64,000 bases of DNA from an uncultured Chitinophagaceae bacterium (GTDB lineage: Bacteria > Bacteroidota > Bacteroidia > Chitinophagales > Chitinophagaceae): positions 15,395 through 79,394 of the forward strand of contig CAYRJM010000001.1 of NCBI GenBank assembly GCA_964424665.1, read 5' to 3'. Shown piece after piece: positions 17,622-28,900 of the stretch. The notes under the pieces were generated by a model. That model saw only the letters and a list, made by a program, of their open reading frames with translations, was not told the origin of the DNA and did no database searches. A program made the position numbers and the translations under genes. The stretch's first letter is position 1. Each line of letters opens with the position of its first letter.

Positions 17622-19064
17622 GTGCAAACCATAAAATATACCTGTCGTCTTTTTACCGGATTAATTCTTCTTTTCAACTGCGTTGAAGCATCCGCGCAAA
17701 ATTCCTATAAATATGAACCGGACTGGCAATCGTTAGCACGACACCAATCGGTGCCGGAATGGATGCGAGACGCTAAATTTGGCATCTATGTACATTGGGG
17801 CGTTTATTCCGTACCAGCCTACGGGAACGAAAAATACATGAAACATATGTATAAAGATACCGGGTTCAGCATTTTTGGCACCTATAAAAGACATCTGGAG
17901 TTGTATGGTCCTTTATCAGAATTCGGATATGAAGATTTTATCCCGCAGTTCAAAGCCCAAAACTTCAATGCGGATAAATGGGCGCAACTATTCAAAGAAG
18001 CCGGTGCGCGCTTCGCTGGTTTGGTTGGAGAACACCATGATGGATTCGCCATGTGGGCCAGCAAATTAACTCCTTTTAATGCAAAAGACATGGGTCCGCA
18101 CAGAGATATTGTAGGCGAGTTAGCGAAAGCTATACGTGCGCATAATATGCACTTGTTCGTCTCTCTGCATCACGGACATAATTATGACTATGTAACAAAC
18201 ATAAAGCCGTCATGGACCGCCGCTGACCCTCAGTATCAAAAGCTTTATGGCGCTACCATGCCCCGGAATCAATGGTTAAAGATGTGGTTAGGTAAATGTA
18301 ATGAGGTGGTCGATAGGTATCATCCAGACATCATGTATTTTGACGCCTGGCTGAAAGACATACCCGATAGCCTGGTCAAACGTTATCTCGCCCATTACTT
18401 TAACACCGCGGAACAAAACGGGCAACAGGTTGCTGTAGCTTACAAAAATCACGACCTGCCTCCTTCGGTAGGTATGCTGGATTATGAAAACACCAATCCT
18501 GATTCCATTATGGATCAGCCCTTTCTTTGTGACTTTCCTATCGGCACAGGGCAATCTTATTCCTGGGGATACACCGCTGACATGAAGATAAGAAGTGCAG
18601 AAAATATCCTGCATACTTTAATCAGGGCAGTCAGTAAAAACGGCCAAATGCTATTGAATTTATCGCCAAAAGCCGACGGGACAATCCCTGAAGATCAAAA
18701 GAATACGGTATTAAGGGTGGGGCGCTGGTTGTGGACCTATGGAGAAGCGATTTATGGCACCCGGCCATTTAGTAGTTTTGGGGAAGTACTGGCCTCGGGC
18801 CTCCCCGTTTATTATACCCAAAAGGAGGAAGAACATAAGTTGTACGCCATTTTGCTGGGTTGGCCAGGTAAAAATTCGGCCATTCTGTTAAAAAAAGTAA
18901 CGCCAAAGACGTTGGCGGGGCCAATAAAAAAAATAACCTTAGAGGGATTTAAAGAAGACGCAAACTGTCCTTTTAAAATGACCCAAAGTGGATTACTAAT
19001 AGAAATTCCTGACGCACGCCTTCCAGATGATATTGCTGTTGTCTTAAGCATAGAAACCCGGTAA
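17622..19064 (+). CDS. GH29 alpha-L-fucosidase
   Basis: 480 aa with a GTG start and a signal peptide ending EASAQ. GH29 hallmarks are DAKFGIYVHWGVYSVPAYG and GEHHDGFAMW. Confidence 0.85.
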   Translation: MQTIKYTCRLFTGLILLFNCVEASAQNSYKYEPDWQSLARHQSVPEWMRDAKFGIYVHWGVYSVPAYGNEKYMKHMYKDTGFSIFGTYKRHLELYGPLSEFGYEDFIPQFKAQNFNADKWAQLFKEAGARFAGLVGEHHDGFAMWASKLTPFNAKDMGPHRDIVGELAKAIRAHNMHLFVSLHHGHNYDYVTNIKPSWTAADPQYQKLYGATMPRNQWLKMWLGKCNEVVDRYHPDIMYFDAWLKDIPDSLVKRYLAHYFNTAEQNGQQVAVAYKNHDLPPSVGMLDYENTNPDSIMDQPFLCDFPIGTGQSYSWGYTADMKIRSAENILHTLIRAVSKNGQMLLNLSPKADGTIPEDQKNTVLRVGRWLWTYGEAIYGTRPFSSFGEVLASGLPVYYTQKEEEHKLYAILLGWPGKNSAILLKKVTPKTLAGPIKKITLEGFKEDANCPFKMTQSGLLIEIPDARLPDDIAVVLSIETR

Positions 19065-19067
19065 ATT

Positions 19068-20255
19068 ATGAAACGACCTTTGAAAAAGATGAAACGGACA
19101 ATTTTTGTAGCTTTAATATTACTTGGTCTTACACGCTGCCACGCCAATGCGCAAAAAACCCCGACCACTCCCCCGTTATTTACTGTTGTTGGCGGAGAGA
19201 ATTTACCGGTTATCCGTGAAGGAATGCCCGGGACCCGGGGCATACAGGGCGGATTTGAAGGAGGACGTTGTATAAAAATAGGGACTACCTATCATTTATT
19301 CCCTACAGAAAGAACCGGAGAAAAAGGAATTCCTTCCTATTATGACAGAGTAAAAACACGCATTGGCCACTGGATAAGTAAAGACGCTATCCATTGGGAG
19401 CGGGTCAACACCCTTTATCAGTCCAGCGGAACCTACGCGGTTTCCGATTACGACAATCCTGCCAACGATCGCAGAGCAGCCATATGGTCCTTCATGCCCA
19501 TCTTTAGTAAAGCCGGAAACAGATGGCATGCCTTTTATGTAGCTTATACCGTCAGTAAAACAATAGCACCCAATCACTCCTTTGGAAGGATCTGGCATGC
19601 AATATCCCAAACACCGGGTATAACAGGTATCGGCGGTCCTTATATAGATCAACAGGTTGTCATAGAACCCGGTTTAAATTCTCAACTATGGGAAGGGCGC
19701 CAGGGCATACAGTCCTTTTTCCCTTTCAAAGTCAATGACGGATGGTATGCCTTTTATGGCGGCGCTTACCCCTGGCACAACTGGCGCGATTATCCATATA
19801 ACGGCCATAAAGGTTGGAACGTCGGCCTGGCGACTTCCGACAGTTTAGGCGGACCCTGGCTCAGAATGGATACTTCCGTCAACCCTATTACCTCGATCCA
19901 TCCTTCTTTCGTCGAAAACCCCATCGTCAGTAAACTGCCTAACGGGATCTACATCGCCATTTTTGATGGCGGACCCAATGCGTGGGGATTACACCTCCCC
20001 AATAAGATGGCATTTGCCCTTTCTAAAGACGGTTTGCACTGGAGCAAGGCGCGGTACATAGACTTTACAAAAAAAGTGGATAAATGGTGGGATATTATGC
20101 GTACGCCTTTGTGTCTAATCCCCGAAGGCAACGGCATTTACACCGTTTTGTACGCCGCGATAGTGGAGAAACAACGCTTCCACCCTATCGGAATGGTCAA
20201 GCTCAGACTCAATGAAGAAGTGTTAAAGGAAATGACAAGACAATTAAAAGATTAA
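19068..20255 (+). CDS. Secreted hypothetical protein, beta-propeller-like (possibly a clan GH-F/GH43-like glycosidase)
   Basis: 395 aa with a signal peptide ending ANAQ. It shows repeated blade-like strands: GTTYHLFPTE, GNRWHAFYVAY, NDGWYAFYGG, NGIYIAIFDGG, NGIYTVLYAAI. I recognise no diagnostic catalytic motif. There is a 3-nt gap after the GH29 gene. Confidence 0.3.
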   Translation: MKRPLKKMKRTIFVALILLGLTRCHANAQKTPTTPPLFTVVGGENLPVIREGMPGTRGIQGGFEGGRCIKIGTTYHLFPTERTGEKGIPSYYDRVKTRIGHWISKDAIHWERVNTLYQSSGTYAVSDYDNPANDRRAAIWSFMPIFSKAGNRWHAFYVAYTVSKTIAPNHSFGRIWHAISQTPGITGIGGPYIDQQVVIEPGLNSQLWEGRQGIQSFFPFKVNDGWYAFYGGAYPWHNWRDYPYNGHKGWNVGLATSDSLGGPWLRMDTSVNPITSIHPSFVENPIVSKLPNGIYIAIFDGGPNAWGLHLPNKMAFALSKDGLHWSKARYIDFTKKVDKWWDIMRTPLCLIPEGNGIYTVLYAAIVEKQRFHPIGMVKLRLNEEVLKEMTRQLKD

Positions 20256-20374
20256 AGGCAGCCTCCACAATGCGCAGTATCCATTTGATGGGTGTTAAAG
20301 GCTTGCCGTTCTGTAACAGATTTCGACTGGCAGACGACAATCCACCTGGAAATTAAACTGACTTAATTATAATT

Positions 20375-23116
20375 ATGCGACCTCTGTATTTTATCGTGTT
20401 CGGTTTATTGCTTTTGAGCACAGCCTGTACACAAAAAACAATCACTATTGTTAAACCGAAAGACAGCAATGCACGGCTGGATTTCGGGGTGACCAAATTA
20501 AATCAAGCGCTGAGGGCAGCTGATTTTCAAGTTCAGATAACCGAACAACAAGCCTACGCCGGCCGGGAAAGTAAAAACAAGACCATCGTTGTAGGTCCTC
20601 TAAAAGGAGATTTAGTTCAGAATTATTTAAAGGCAAATACGATTACATTAGATAGCATCCCCGCCAAAGAAGGCTATGTGATCAAAAGCGTAAATAATAC
20701 CATCGTTATCGGTGGAGCGGACTCATCCGGCACTTTATACGGATGTTTGGATCTTAAAGACAAAATCACAACAACGGGCCGGATCCCCTCCACACTTTCC
20801 ATTAATGATCAACCGGAAATGGTGATAAGGGGGACGGCTATAGGCCTACAAAAGATGACGATCCTGCCCGGAAGAAAAGTTTATGAATATCCTATCAATG
20901 AAAAGAACTTCCCTTGGTTTTATAATAAAAAACTATGGATAAAATATTTAAATATGATGGTCAAAAACAGATACAATGCCTTGTATCTATGGAACGGTCA
21001 CCCGTTCTCCTCTTTGGTGCGATTAGAAAAATACCCCTATGCAGTTGAAGTAGATAGCGCAACCTTTAGAAAAAACAAAGAGATGTACGCTTTTCTTACC
21101 CGGGAGGCCAACAAAAGAGGAATATGGGTGATACAAATGTTTTATAACATACTGGTGTCGAAGCCTTTCGCCGAAACACATCATATGGAGACCCAAGACA
21201 GAAAACGCCCTATCATCCCTGTTATCGCTGATTATACCCGGAGGTCTGTAGCTAAATTCGTGGAAAACTATCCCAACGTAGGTTTATTAGTATGCCTGGG
21301 AGAAGCGATCCACACGCTACAGGATGATATAGACTGGTTCACCAAAACGATCATCCCCGGTGTAAAGGACGGGCTGAAGGCACTGGGAAGAACAGATGAG
21401 CCTCCGGTCATTTTAAGGGGGCATGACACCCAGGCTCCGGCGGTAATGGAGGCCGCACTGCCGCTCTATCACAATTTATATACAATGGAAAAATACACCG
21501 GCGAATCGCTCACCACCTACGAACCGAGAGGCCCCTGGGCTAAAGTGCACCGCAAATTAGCAGCTATGGGAAGCACCCATATGGATAACGTACATATTCT
21601 TTCCAACCTGGAACCCTTTCGTTGGGGGTCCCCTGACTTTGTCCAAAAAGCAGTCCAAGCAATGCATCGTGTACATCATTCCAATGGACTTCATTTATAT
21701 CCTCAGGCATCCTACTGGGATTGGCCGTACACGGCGGACAATGTAAAACCTCGCTTATTGGAAATTGAAAGAGATTGGATCTGGTATAAAACATGGGGAA
21801 GGTATGCATGGAACTGTCACCGAAGCAGAAAGGACGAAATTCAATACTGGTCGGCCGTCCTTGGAAAAAAGTTTGGTTGTAAAGATTATGGCAAAGCCAT
21901 ATTAAGGGCTTACGAAACTTCAGGGCGCATTTCGCCCATTATTATCAGACGGTTTGGGATTACTGAAGGAAACAGACAAACGATGTCTTTAGGAATGTTT
22001 ATGAGTCAGTTGATTAGCCCCGACCGCTGGGGGGTTATCGCACTGCTGTATAATTCAGATGGACCGGAAGGGGAAACACTAACCCAATACGCCAAAAGAG
22101 AATGGCAGCATAAACCACACCAAGGAGAAACACCACTCTGGGCTATTAACGAAATCCTAAAGGAAGCGAAAGCAGCTGTTTCGGCCATTGAAAAGGCGGC
22201 ACCACATGTAACACAAAACACCGCTGAATTTGACCGGCTCAAAAACGATATATACTGTTATCATGCAATGGCCCATTACTATGCACAAAAAGTACAGGCT
22301 GCCTTGCTGGTGTTGCGCTATCAATACTCCAACAACATCAACGATCTTGAAAAAGCTATTCCTTTTTTGGAAAAAAGCGTCGAATGGTTTTCAAAGCTAG
22401 CGGACTTAACCAAAGACAGTTATTTGTATGCAAACAGTATGCAAACAGGACAAAGAACAATTCCTATCAGTGGCGCTGAAGGAAAGAACAAAACCTGGGT
22501 GGAGTTACTTCCGCATTATAGAAAAGAGCTCGATAACTTTAAAAATAATATTTCTTTTTTAAAATCAGGAAAAACAAAGGCATTAGATGTAGAACCGCTT
22601 GCAGCTGCGACAGTAGACATCTTGAATAAAGATTTATCCACCTATACAGTAAAAAAAGGAGCAAAGCCTTTTAGCGATAAAAATTACACCATTAGAAACG
22701 TAGCGACCGAATTAAAAGGATTAACCGGATATCAGACGAATATGTCAAGGCAACAAATAGACGGTATCGCCACCAACATCCAATTTAAAAACGATGTACC
22801 GGTAAAACTAGTAGTCGGATTCTTTAACTCCGGAGACCGAGATTTTGTCGCTCCTTCTGCATTGGAAACCAATGCACACGCCAACAATAGAGGGCAGGCC
22901 AGTGTTCGCCTCCTCAATGCGGTCGATATTCCAGGCCTGCCTCCCGTGAACATACACACCTATTATTACAAGCCGGGAAAAAACCGGTTTAAGCTGGATC
23001 ATGGAGCATGTCTTATTCTCGGGTTTATAAAAGGAGACGAAGTAATTAAAGAAAGAAATGCAGGCTTCAACGGTGGTGCGGTAAAAGATATTGGATTAGA
23101 CTGGTTATTTTATTAA
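20375..23116 (+). CDS. Large lipoprotein, uncharacterised glycosidase candidate (GH20b/GH67N-like N-domain + TIM-barrel-like core + C-terminal beta-sandwich)
   Basis: 913 aa with lipobox LLSTAC. The N-domain has EGYVIKSVNNTIVIGGADSSGTLYGCLDL. The TIM-barrel-like start reads MVIRGTAIGLQ...RYNALYLWNGHPFSSLV. I cannot assign a family by eye. Confidence 0.35.
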   Translation: MRPLYFIVFGLLLLSTACTQKTITIVKPKDSNARLDFGVTKLNQALRAADFQVQITEQQAYAGRESKNKTIVVGPLKGDLVQNYLKANTITLDSIPAKEGYVIKSVNNTIVIGGADSSGTLYGCLDLKDKITTTGRIPSTLSINDQPEMVIRGTAIGLQKMTILPGRKVYEYPINEKNFPWFYNKKLWIKYLNMMVKNRYNALYLWNGHPFSSLVRLEKYPYAVEVDSATFRKNKEMYAFLTREANKRGIWVIQMFYNILVSKPFAETHHMETQDRKRPIIPVIADYTRRSVAKFVENYPNVGLLVCLGEAIHTLQDDIDWFTKTIIPGVKDGLKALGRTDEPPVILRGHDTQAPAVMEAALPLYHNLYTMEKYTGESLTTYEPRGPWAKVHRKLAAMGSTHMDNVHILSNLEPFRWGSPDFVQKAVQAMHRVHHSNGLHLYPQASYWDWPYTADNVKPRLLEIERDWIWYKTWGRYAWNCHRSRKDEIQYWSAVLGKKFGCKDYGKAILRAYETSGRISPIIIRRFGITEGNRQTMSLGMFMSQLISPDRWGVIALLYNSDGPEGETLTQYAKREWQHKPHQGETPLWAINEILKEAKAAVSAIEKAAPHVTQNTAEFDRLKNDIYCYHAMAHYYAQKVQAALLVLRYQYSNNINDLEKAIPFLEKSVEWFSKLADLTKDSYLYANSMQTGQRTIPISGAEGKNKTWVELLPHYRKELDNFKNNISFLKSGKTKALDVEPLAAATVDILNKDLSTYTVKKGAKPFSDKNYTIRNVATELKGLTGYQTNMSRQQIDGIATNIQFKNDVPVKLVVGFFNSGDRDFVAPSALETNAHANNRGQASVRLLNAVDIPGLPPVNIHTYYYKPGKNRFKLDHGACLILGFIKGDEVIKERNAGFNGGAVKDIGLDWLFY

Positions 23117-23155
23117 TCTGCCAAAAAAACGAATTAAATATTAAAAACACATCCT

Positions 23156-25942
23156 ATGAAAGCCATCTTATATAAGATCTTCTGTTTCTCCGGCATGTTA
23201 TTGTATACGTTCACTACAATAGCTCAGTTAAAGGTAGATCATTTGCGTACTGAATACAAGGAAAATCCCATCGGCATAGACGTTACCCGTCCGAGATTAA
23301 GTTGGCAATTAACAGGTACCCACAATGGAACGCAACAAATAGCTTATCAGGTAAGGGCGTCAAATACCATTACCGGCCTGAACAATAAACAAAATTTACT
23401 TTGGAATTCAGGAAAGGTAACTTCTGATAAGAGCATTCAGGTTCCTTATTCCGGCCCGCATCCAAAGTCCGGAGAACGGATATACTGGCAGGTCCGGGTG
23501 TGGGACAAGCACGGCAATACATCCCCATGGAGTCAGGCAGCCTTTTTTGAAATGGGATTATTAAACCCAAAAGAATGGAAAGCACATTGGATTACAAGTG
23601 GTTTTACCATAGATACGCTTCGATCTAATCCAAGTCCCTATTTCAGAAATTCCTTTACACTTAATAAAAAAATAAAAGCCGCACGCATCTATGTTACTTC
23701 CCTGGGGTTGTATGATTTATTCCTGAATGGTGAAAAAGTCGGAGACCAGGTCTTTACCCCCGGATGGACGAGCTACAACAAGCGATTACAATATCAGACT
23801 TATGATGTAACCAATCAATTAAAACCCGGCGGAAATGCAATTGGTGCCATCTTGGGCGATGGTTGGTACAGGGGTCAAATAGGATGGGAAGATTACAACC
23901 GGAACAGATATGGCACCCGATTGGCACTTTTATTACAATTAGAGATCATTTTCATTGATGGAACCAAAAAGACCATTACAACAGATCCCTCCTGGAAGGT
24001 AAAAACCGGCGCCATAAGATCTTCTGATATTTATGCCGGAGAACAGTATGATGCGCGTTTGTTTTTTAATGGTTGGTCCACCTCATCTTTCGACGACAAG
24101 CGTTGGAAACCGGTAGAGATTCTCGACCATCCCACAAGCATGCTCGTCGCTTCCTGCGGTCCTCCTGTAAAACGAATTCAGGAGTTAAAACCCATAGAAT
24201 TAATGACCACGTTAAAAGGGGAAAAAGTTTTTGACCTTGGGCAAATAATAACCGGTTGGGTTAGGTTAAAAATAAAGGGTACGAAAGGAGATACCATCAC
24301 CCTTTCTTTCGCTGAGGTGTTGGACCAAAACGGGAATTTTTATACCGACAATTTAAGGAAGGCCAAGGCAGAGGACGTCTATATACTAAGCGGAAAAGGA
24401 ACCGAAGTGTACGAACCGCATTTCACTTATCATGGTTTTCGTTATGTAAAAGTTGAAGGGGCTGAGGGTAAACTAACGCCCGACGCCATTACTGGCATTG
24501 TCATTCATTCTGATATTGCCCCAACGGGCCATTTCTCCTGTTCCGATTCTTTAATCAATCAACTCTGGCATAATATTGTCTGGAGCCAAAAAGGAAACTT
24601 TCTGGATGTGCCTACCGACTGCCCTCAACGAGACGAAAGGCTGGGCTGGACAGGAGACGCGCAGGTTTTCTCTCCCACTGCCTGTTATAATTTTAATTCC
24701 GCGGGCTTTTTTGAAAAATGGTTAAAAGATCTAAAGGCCGATCAATGGGACAATGGACTGGTTCCTGATGTTATTCCAGATATTCTAAACGTCAACCATC
24801 AACCGGCACTACATGGCAAGCCTTTTTGGGGCGCTTCGACAGGCTGGGCCGACGCAGCCATTATCATCCCGTGGAACCTTTATCGCTTTTATGCTGACAA
24901 AAGGGTACTCAAAGAACAATACGCCAGTATGAAAGCGTGGATTGAGTACATGAAAAACAGGGCAGGAAGTGATTATTTGTGGGATGGTGATAAGCATTAT
25001 GGGGACTGGCTCTCCTTTAGCTCTAATGACTCTGGTTTCCCGGGGGCATATACTGACGTCGACCTGATAGCTACCGCTTATTATGCCCATTCATGCGATC
25101 TGATGTCAAAGATCGCCCGCATTTTAGGAAAACCGGAAGATGCCGGGGTTTATAAAGATTTATTCAATAATATAAAAGCAGCTTTTAATAAAACCTACGT
25201 TACTTCCGCCGGATATTTAATGTCAAATACGCAAACCGCCTATGCCATTGCGCTCAAATTTCACTTACTCCCTAAAAATAAGGTACCGCTAGCTTCCCAA
25301 CATTTAGCCGACCGTATCACCGCCTTCGATCATATTACTACTGGCTTCTTAGGTACACCACTCCTCTGCCCGGTATTAACACAAACCGAGCGGGATAGCC
25401 TGGCATATTTGCTGTTAAACAGAAAAACTTACCCCTCCTGGCTGTATCCGGTAACCCGGGGAGCTACCACCATCTGGGAGCGTTGGGACGGCATTAAGCC
25501 CGACGGCACCTTCCAGACTACGGGAATGAATAGTTTCAACCACTATGCGTACGGAGCCATCGGTCAATGGTTGTACGGGACCGTCGCAGGAATAATGCCG
25601 GATGTGCACCAACCGGGATTCAAGCATATAATCTTAGCCCCGCACCCTGGCGGCGGCTTGTCTTCCGCGCAGGCCAGTTATCATTCCATGTATGGAAAAA
25701 TCCTGTCGAAGTGGGAGATTTCAAACGGCAGGATGCGCTATACGGTTGTTATCCCTTCTAATACCACCGCGAACATTACACTTCCGGCAGCTGCTAATGT
25801 AGCTGTTTTAGTGAATGATAAAGACTTGCATCAGATCAAGTATATTTCCCAATTAACGCGGGAGCAGAATAATTTAATTTTCGAAGTAGAATCAGGTACA
25901 TACACTTTTGAATACCCCATTAAAGACAAAAGCTTGTTATAA
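23156..25942 (+). CDS. GH78 alpha-L-rhamnosidase
   Basis: 928 aa. It has the Bac_rhamnosid N-terminal signature LRTEYKENPIGIDVTRPRLSWQL and the catalytic-domain block DVPTDCPQRDERLGWTGDAQVF. Confidence 0.9.
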   Translation: MKAILYKIFCFSGMLLYTFTTIAQLKVDHLRTEYKENPIGIDVTRPRLSWQLTGTHNGTQQIAYQVRASNTITGLNNKQNLLWNSGKVTSDKSIQVPYSGPHPKSGERIYWQVRVWDKHGNTSPWSQAAFFEMGLLNPKEWKAHWITSGFTIDTLRSNPSPYFRNSFTLNKKIKAARIYVTSLGLYDLFLNGEKVGDQVFTPGWTSYNKRLQYQTYDVTNQLKPGGNAIGAILGDGWYRGQIGWEDYNRNRYGTRLALLLQLEIIFIDGTKKTITTDPSWKVKTGAIRSSDIYAGEQYDARLFFNGWSTSSFDDKRWKPVEILDHPTSMLVASCGPPVKRIQELKPIELMTTLKGEKVFDLGQIITGWVRLKIKGTKGDTITLSFAEVLDQNGNFYTDNLRKAKAEDVYILSGKGTEVYEPHFTYHGFRYVKVEGAEGKLTPDAITGIVIHSDIAPTGHFSCSDSLINQLWHNIVWSQKGNFLDVPTDCPQRDERLGWTGDAQVFSPTACYNFNSAGFFEKWLKDLKADQWDNGLVPDVIPDILNVNHQPALHGKPFWGASTGWADAAIIIPWNLYRFYADKRVLKEQYASMKAWIEYMKNRAGSDYLWDGDKHYGDWLSFSSNDSGFPGAYTDVDLIATAYYAHSCDLMSKIARILGKPEDAGVYKDLFNNIKAAFNKTYVTSAGYLMSNTQTAYAIALKFHLLPKNKVPLASQHLADRITAFDHITTGFLGTPLLCPVLTQTERDSLAYLLLNRKTYPSWLYPVTRGATTIWERWDGIKPDGTFQTTGMNSFNHYAYGAIGQWLYGTVAGIMPDVHQPGFKHIILAPHPGGGLSSAQASYHSMYGKILSKWEISNGRMRYTVVIPSNTTANITLPAAANVAVLVNDKDLHQIKYISQLTREQNNLIFEVESGTYTFEYPIKDKSLL

Positions 25943-25944
25943 CA

Positions 25945-28900
25945 ATGAAGCGGAGCCTTTCCATAACGGTTTTTCTTTTTACACTTTGGTCTGCCTTACC
26001 GGCGGCCGCACAGCATCATCCATCTTCTATACGACTAGAAAAAAACCTGAATAACGGCTGGCGCACAATTGCGCATAGTACGAACCAACACATGTATGAT
26101 AATTTTGTGCAAGCCGATTACAATGTAGTCACCTGGAAAACTGTGGATGTACCGCACAACTGGGACGACTATGGTGGATATCGCCGCTTACTGAATGGCA
26201 ATCGCTACGGTTACGCCTGGTACAGGAGAACATTTTCCATAAAGAAGCTCAGGAAAAACCAGCGGTGTTTCTTATGGTTCGAAGGAGTTGGTTCCTACGC
26301 TACGGTATGGGTAAACGGGCAAAAAGTAGGTTACCATGCCGGAGGAAGGACGACCTTTACAATTGATATAACAGATGCTGTTCGCCCGGGCGCTTCGAAC
26401 CTGCTTTGTGTCCGGGCAGATCATCCTAAGCACATAAGAGATCTCCCCTGGGTAAGCGGAGGAGATGCGAAGGAAATTGGTTTTTCTGAAGGCTCTCAAC
26501 CTATGGGGATCTTCAGGCCGGTTCACTTATTTGTTACCAATCAAACGCGTATAGTACCATTTGGCGTACACATCTGGAATGACACCACGGTTTCCGGCAA
26601 GTCCGCCACCTTATATTTGGAAACTACACTTAAAAACTATAACATACGGGCAAAAACACAAACAGTAACTGTAAAAAATATCCTGAAAGATCATTCAGGC
26701 AAAACAGTAGCGCAGGTTCAATCCAAAGTTCCGCTGTCTCCGGGAAAGGCTAAAGCGGTGAAGCAACAGTTCAAGAATATTCGCAATCCTCGTTTATGGT
26801 CCCCCAAATCCCCCTATCGCTATAGCGTGATTACCCAAATAATAAAAAACGACCAATGTATCGATCAAACTACGACTCCCTACGGGATCAGATGGATTTC
26901 ATGGCCCGTCAACCGGGTTGGGGAAAATAAACAGCTTCTCGTGAATGGCAAGCCGGTTTATCTCAATGGGGTTTGCGGTTATGAACATCTTTTTGGCCAA
27001 AGTCATGCGTTTAGTGCAGCGCAAATAAAAACAAGGGTCCGACAAGCGGAAGCAGCAGGATTTAACGCGTTTCGGGATGCTCATCAACCCCACAATTTAC
27101 GATTTCAGAAACAGTGGGCAAAGGATGGTATTCTTTGGTGGCCTCAATTCGCAGCACATATCTGGTTTGACAATCCTAAATTTAAGGAACATTTTAAGCA
27201 GCTCCTGCATGATTGGGTTATAGAACGCAGAAACAATCCGGCCGTTATATTATGGGGCCTGGAAAATGAAAGTACCCTGCCTAGCGAGTTCGCAAAAGAA
27301 TGTACCGAAATCATTCGAGAATTAGATCCCACAGCCTCCATCCAGCGACCGGTTACGACTTGTAACGGGGGAACCGGAACCGACTGGAACGTTCCTCAAA
27401 ACTGGTCGGGGACTTATGGGGGTGACCCCTATAATTACGCTAATGAAGTGCAAAAGGAAAAGCTCATAGGAGAATACGGGGCGTGGCGAAGCATAGATTT
27501 GCACTCGGAAAAAGATTTCAAAGCAGATAATACTTCAAGCGAAAACCGCATGTCCCAGCTACTCGAGCTAAAAGTCCGGTTGGCTGATTCCGTCAAAGAC
27601 AAGTTCTGTGGACAGTTTTTGTGGCTGTTACACTCTCACGATAATCCCGGAAGAGTCCAAAGTGGTGAAGGGCTGAGGGCTTTGGATCGGATTGGCCCTG
27701 TCAATTACAAAGGACTATTCACTATTTGGGGAGAACCGGTAGATGCCTTTTATATGTATCGCTCAAATTATGTCTCCAATAAGGAACATGCGATGGTATA
27801 TATTGTTTCTCATACCTGGCCTGACCGATGGAAAGAACCAGGGATAAAAAGTAATATTACCATTTATTCTAACTGTGATAAAGTAGCATTATTTAACGAT
27901 ATCAACGCCGCTCCATTAGGAGTTAAAACAAGAAATGGCGTGGGCACTCATTTCCAATGGAATCAGGTAAATATCCGGTACAATGTTTTATATGCAGTGG
28001 GTTACGTCGATGGGAAGCCAGTTGCAACAGATTGCATCGTATTAAACCACCTGCCGGAAGCGCCACATTTTACCGCTTTAGTGGACTCCACAAATGTTTT
28101 GCACGACAGTGTGGGGCTAAACTACTTGTACCGCGTCAACTGCGGAGGAGGAAATTACAAGGATCATAGCGGAAATATATGGCAGGCAGACCGCCCGCTA
28201 TCCCAAAAAAACACCTGGGGGTCGGTTTCCTGGACAACACATTATTCAGGTTTACCTCCGTTTTACGGGAGTCAAAGGCGGACATTCGACCCCATTAAAG
28301 GGACACCCGATTGGAACTTATTCCAGACCTACCGGTATGGCCGACACGATTTAAAGTATGTTTTCCCTGTACCGAATGGAGATTATATCGTAGAATTATA
28401 TTTTATTGAACCCTGGTTTGGCATAGGCGGCGGAATCAATTGCCAGGGATGGCGCCTCTTCGACGTAGCAGTCAATAACAAGACGATGTTACGGAACCTG
28501 GACATCTGGAAAGAAGCAGGAACAAATCATGCCCTCAAAAAAACATTGAAGGTTCATGTCACAGCGGGTCAAATAGTCCTTTCCTTTCCCAAAGTGAATT
28601 CAGTGCAAGCCGTGATATCAGCTATTGCTGTTGCCACGGCAGATGAAACTATCCGGCCTGCCTCCCCTTCTCCTTTATTAATTAAAGATCTAACCGTGTC
28701 GGAAAAAGAACAAGCCGATAAATGGCATATCCGGACTTGGCTGGATACAGGCAAGCCCTTATATTCCGATGACAAAGCAACTATTTACTCACTACCCTCC
28801 GAACTCTACGGAAGCACGTGGATACAAGCGCCAAAAAGTATCACAACTATAAATAAAAAAAACTTAGCGAAATTTCAGGTATCCGCTGACGCCGATATCT

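Noticed and set aside
20256-20374. The 119-nt gap after ORF 19068..20255, with a possible long-range pairing GGCAGCC...GGCTTGCC, as a structured RNA or terminator
   Set aside because: The stem is bulged and has a ~36-nt loop with no U-tract. There is no TAnnTTTG box and no similarity to any riboswitch I know. The evidence is insufficient.
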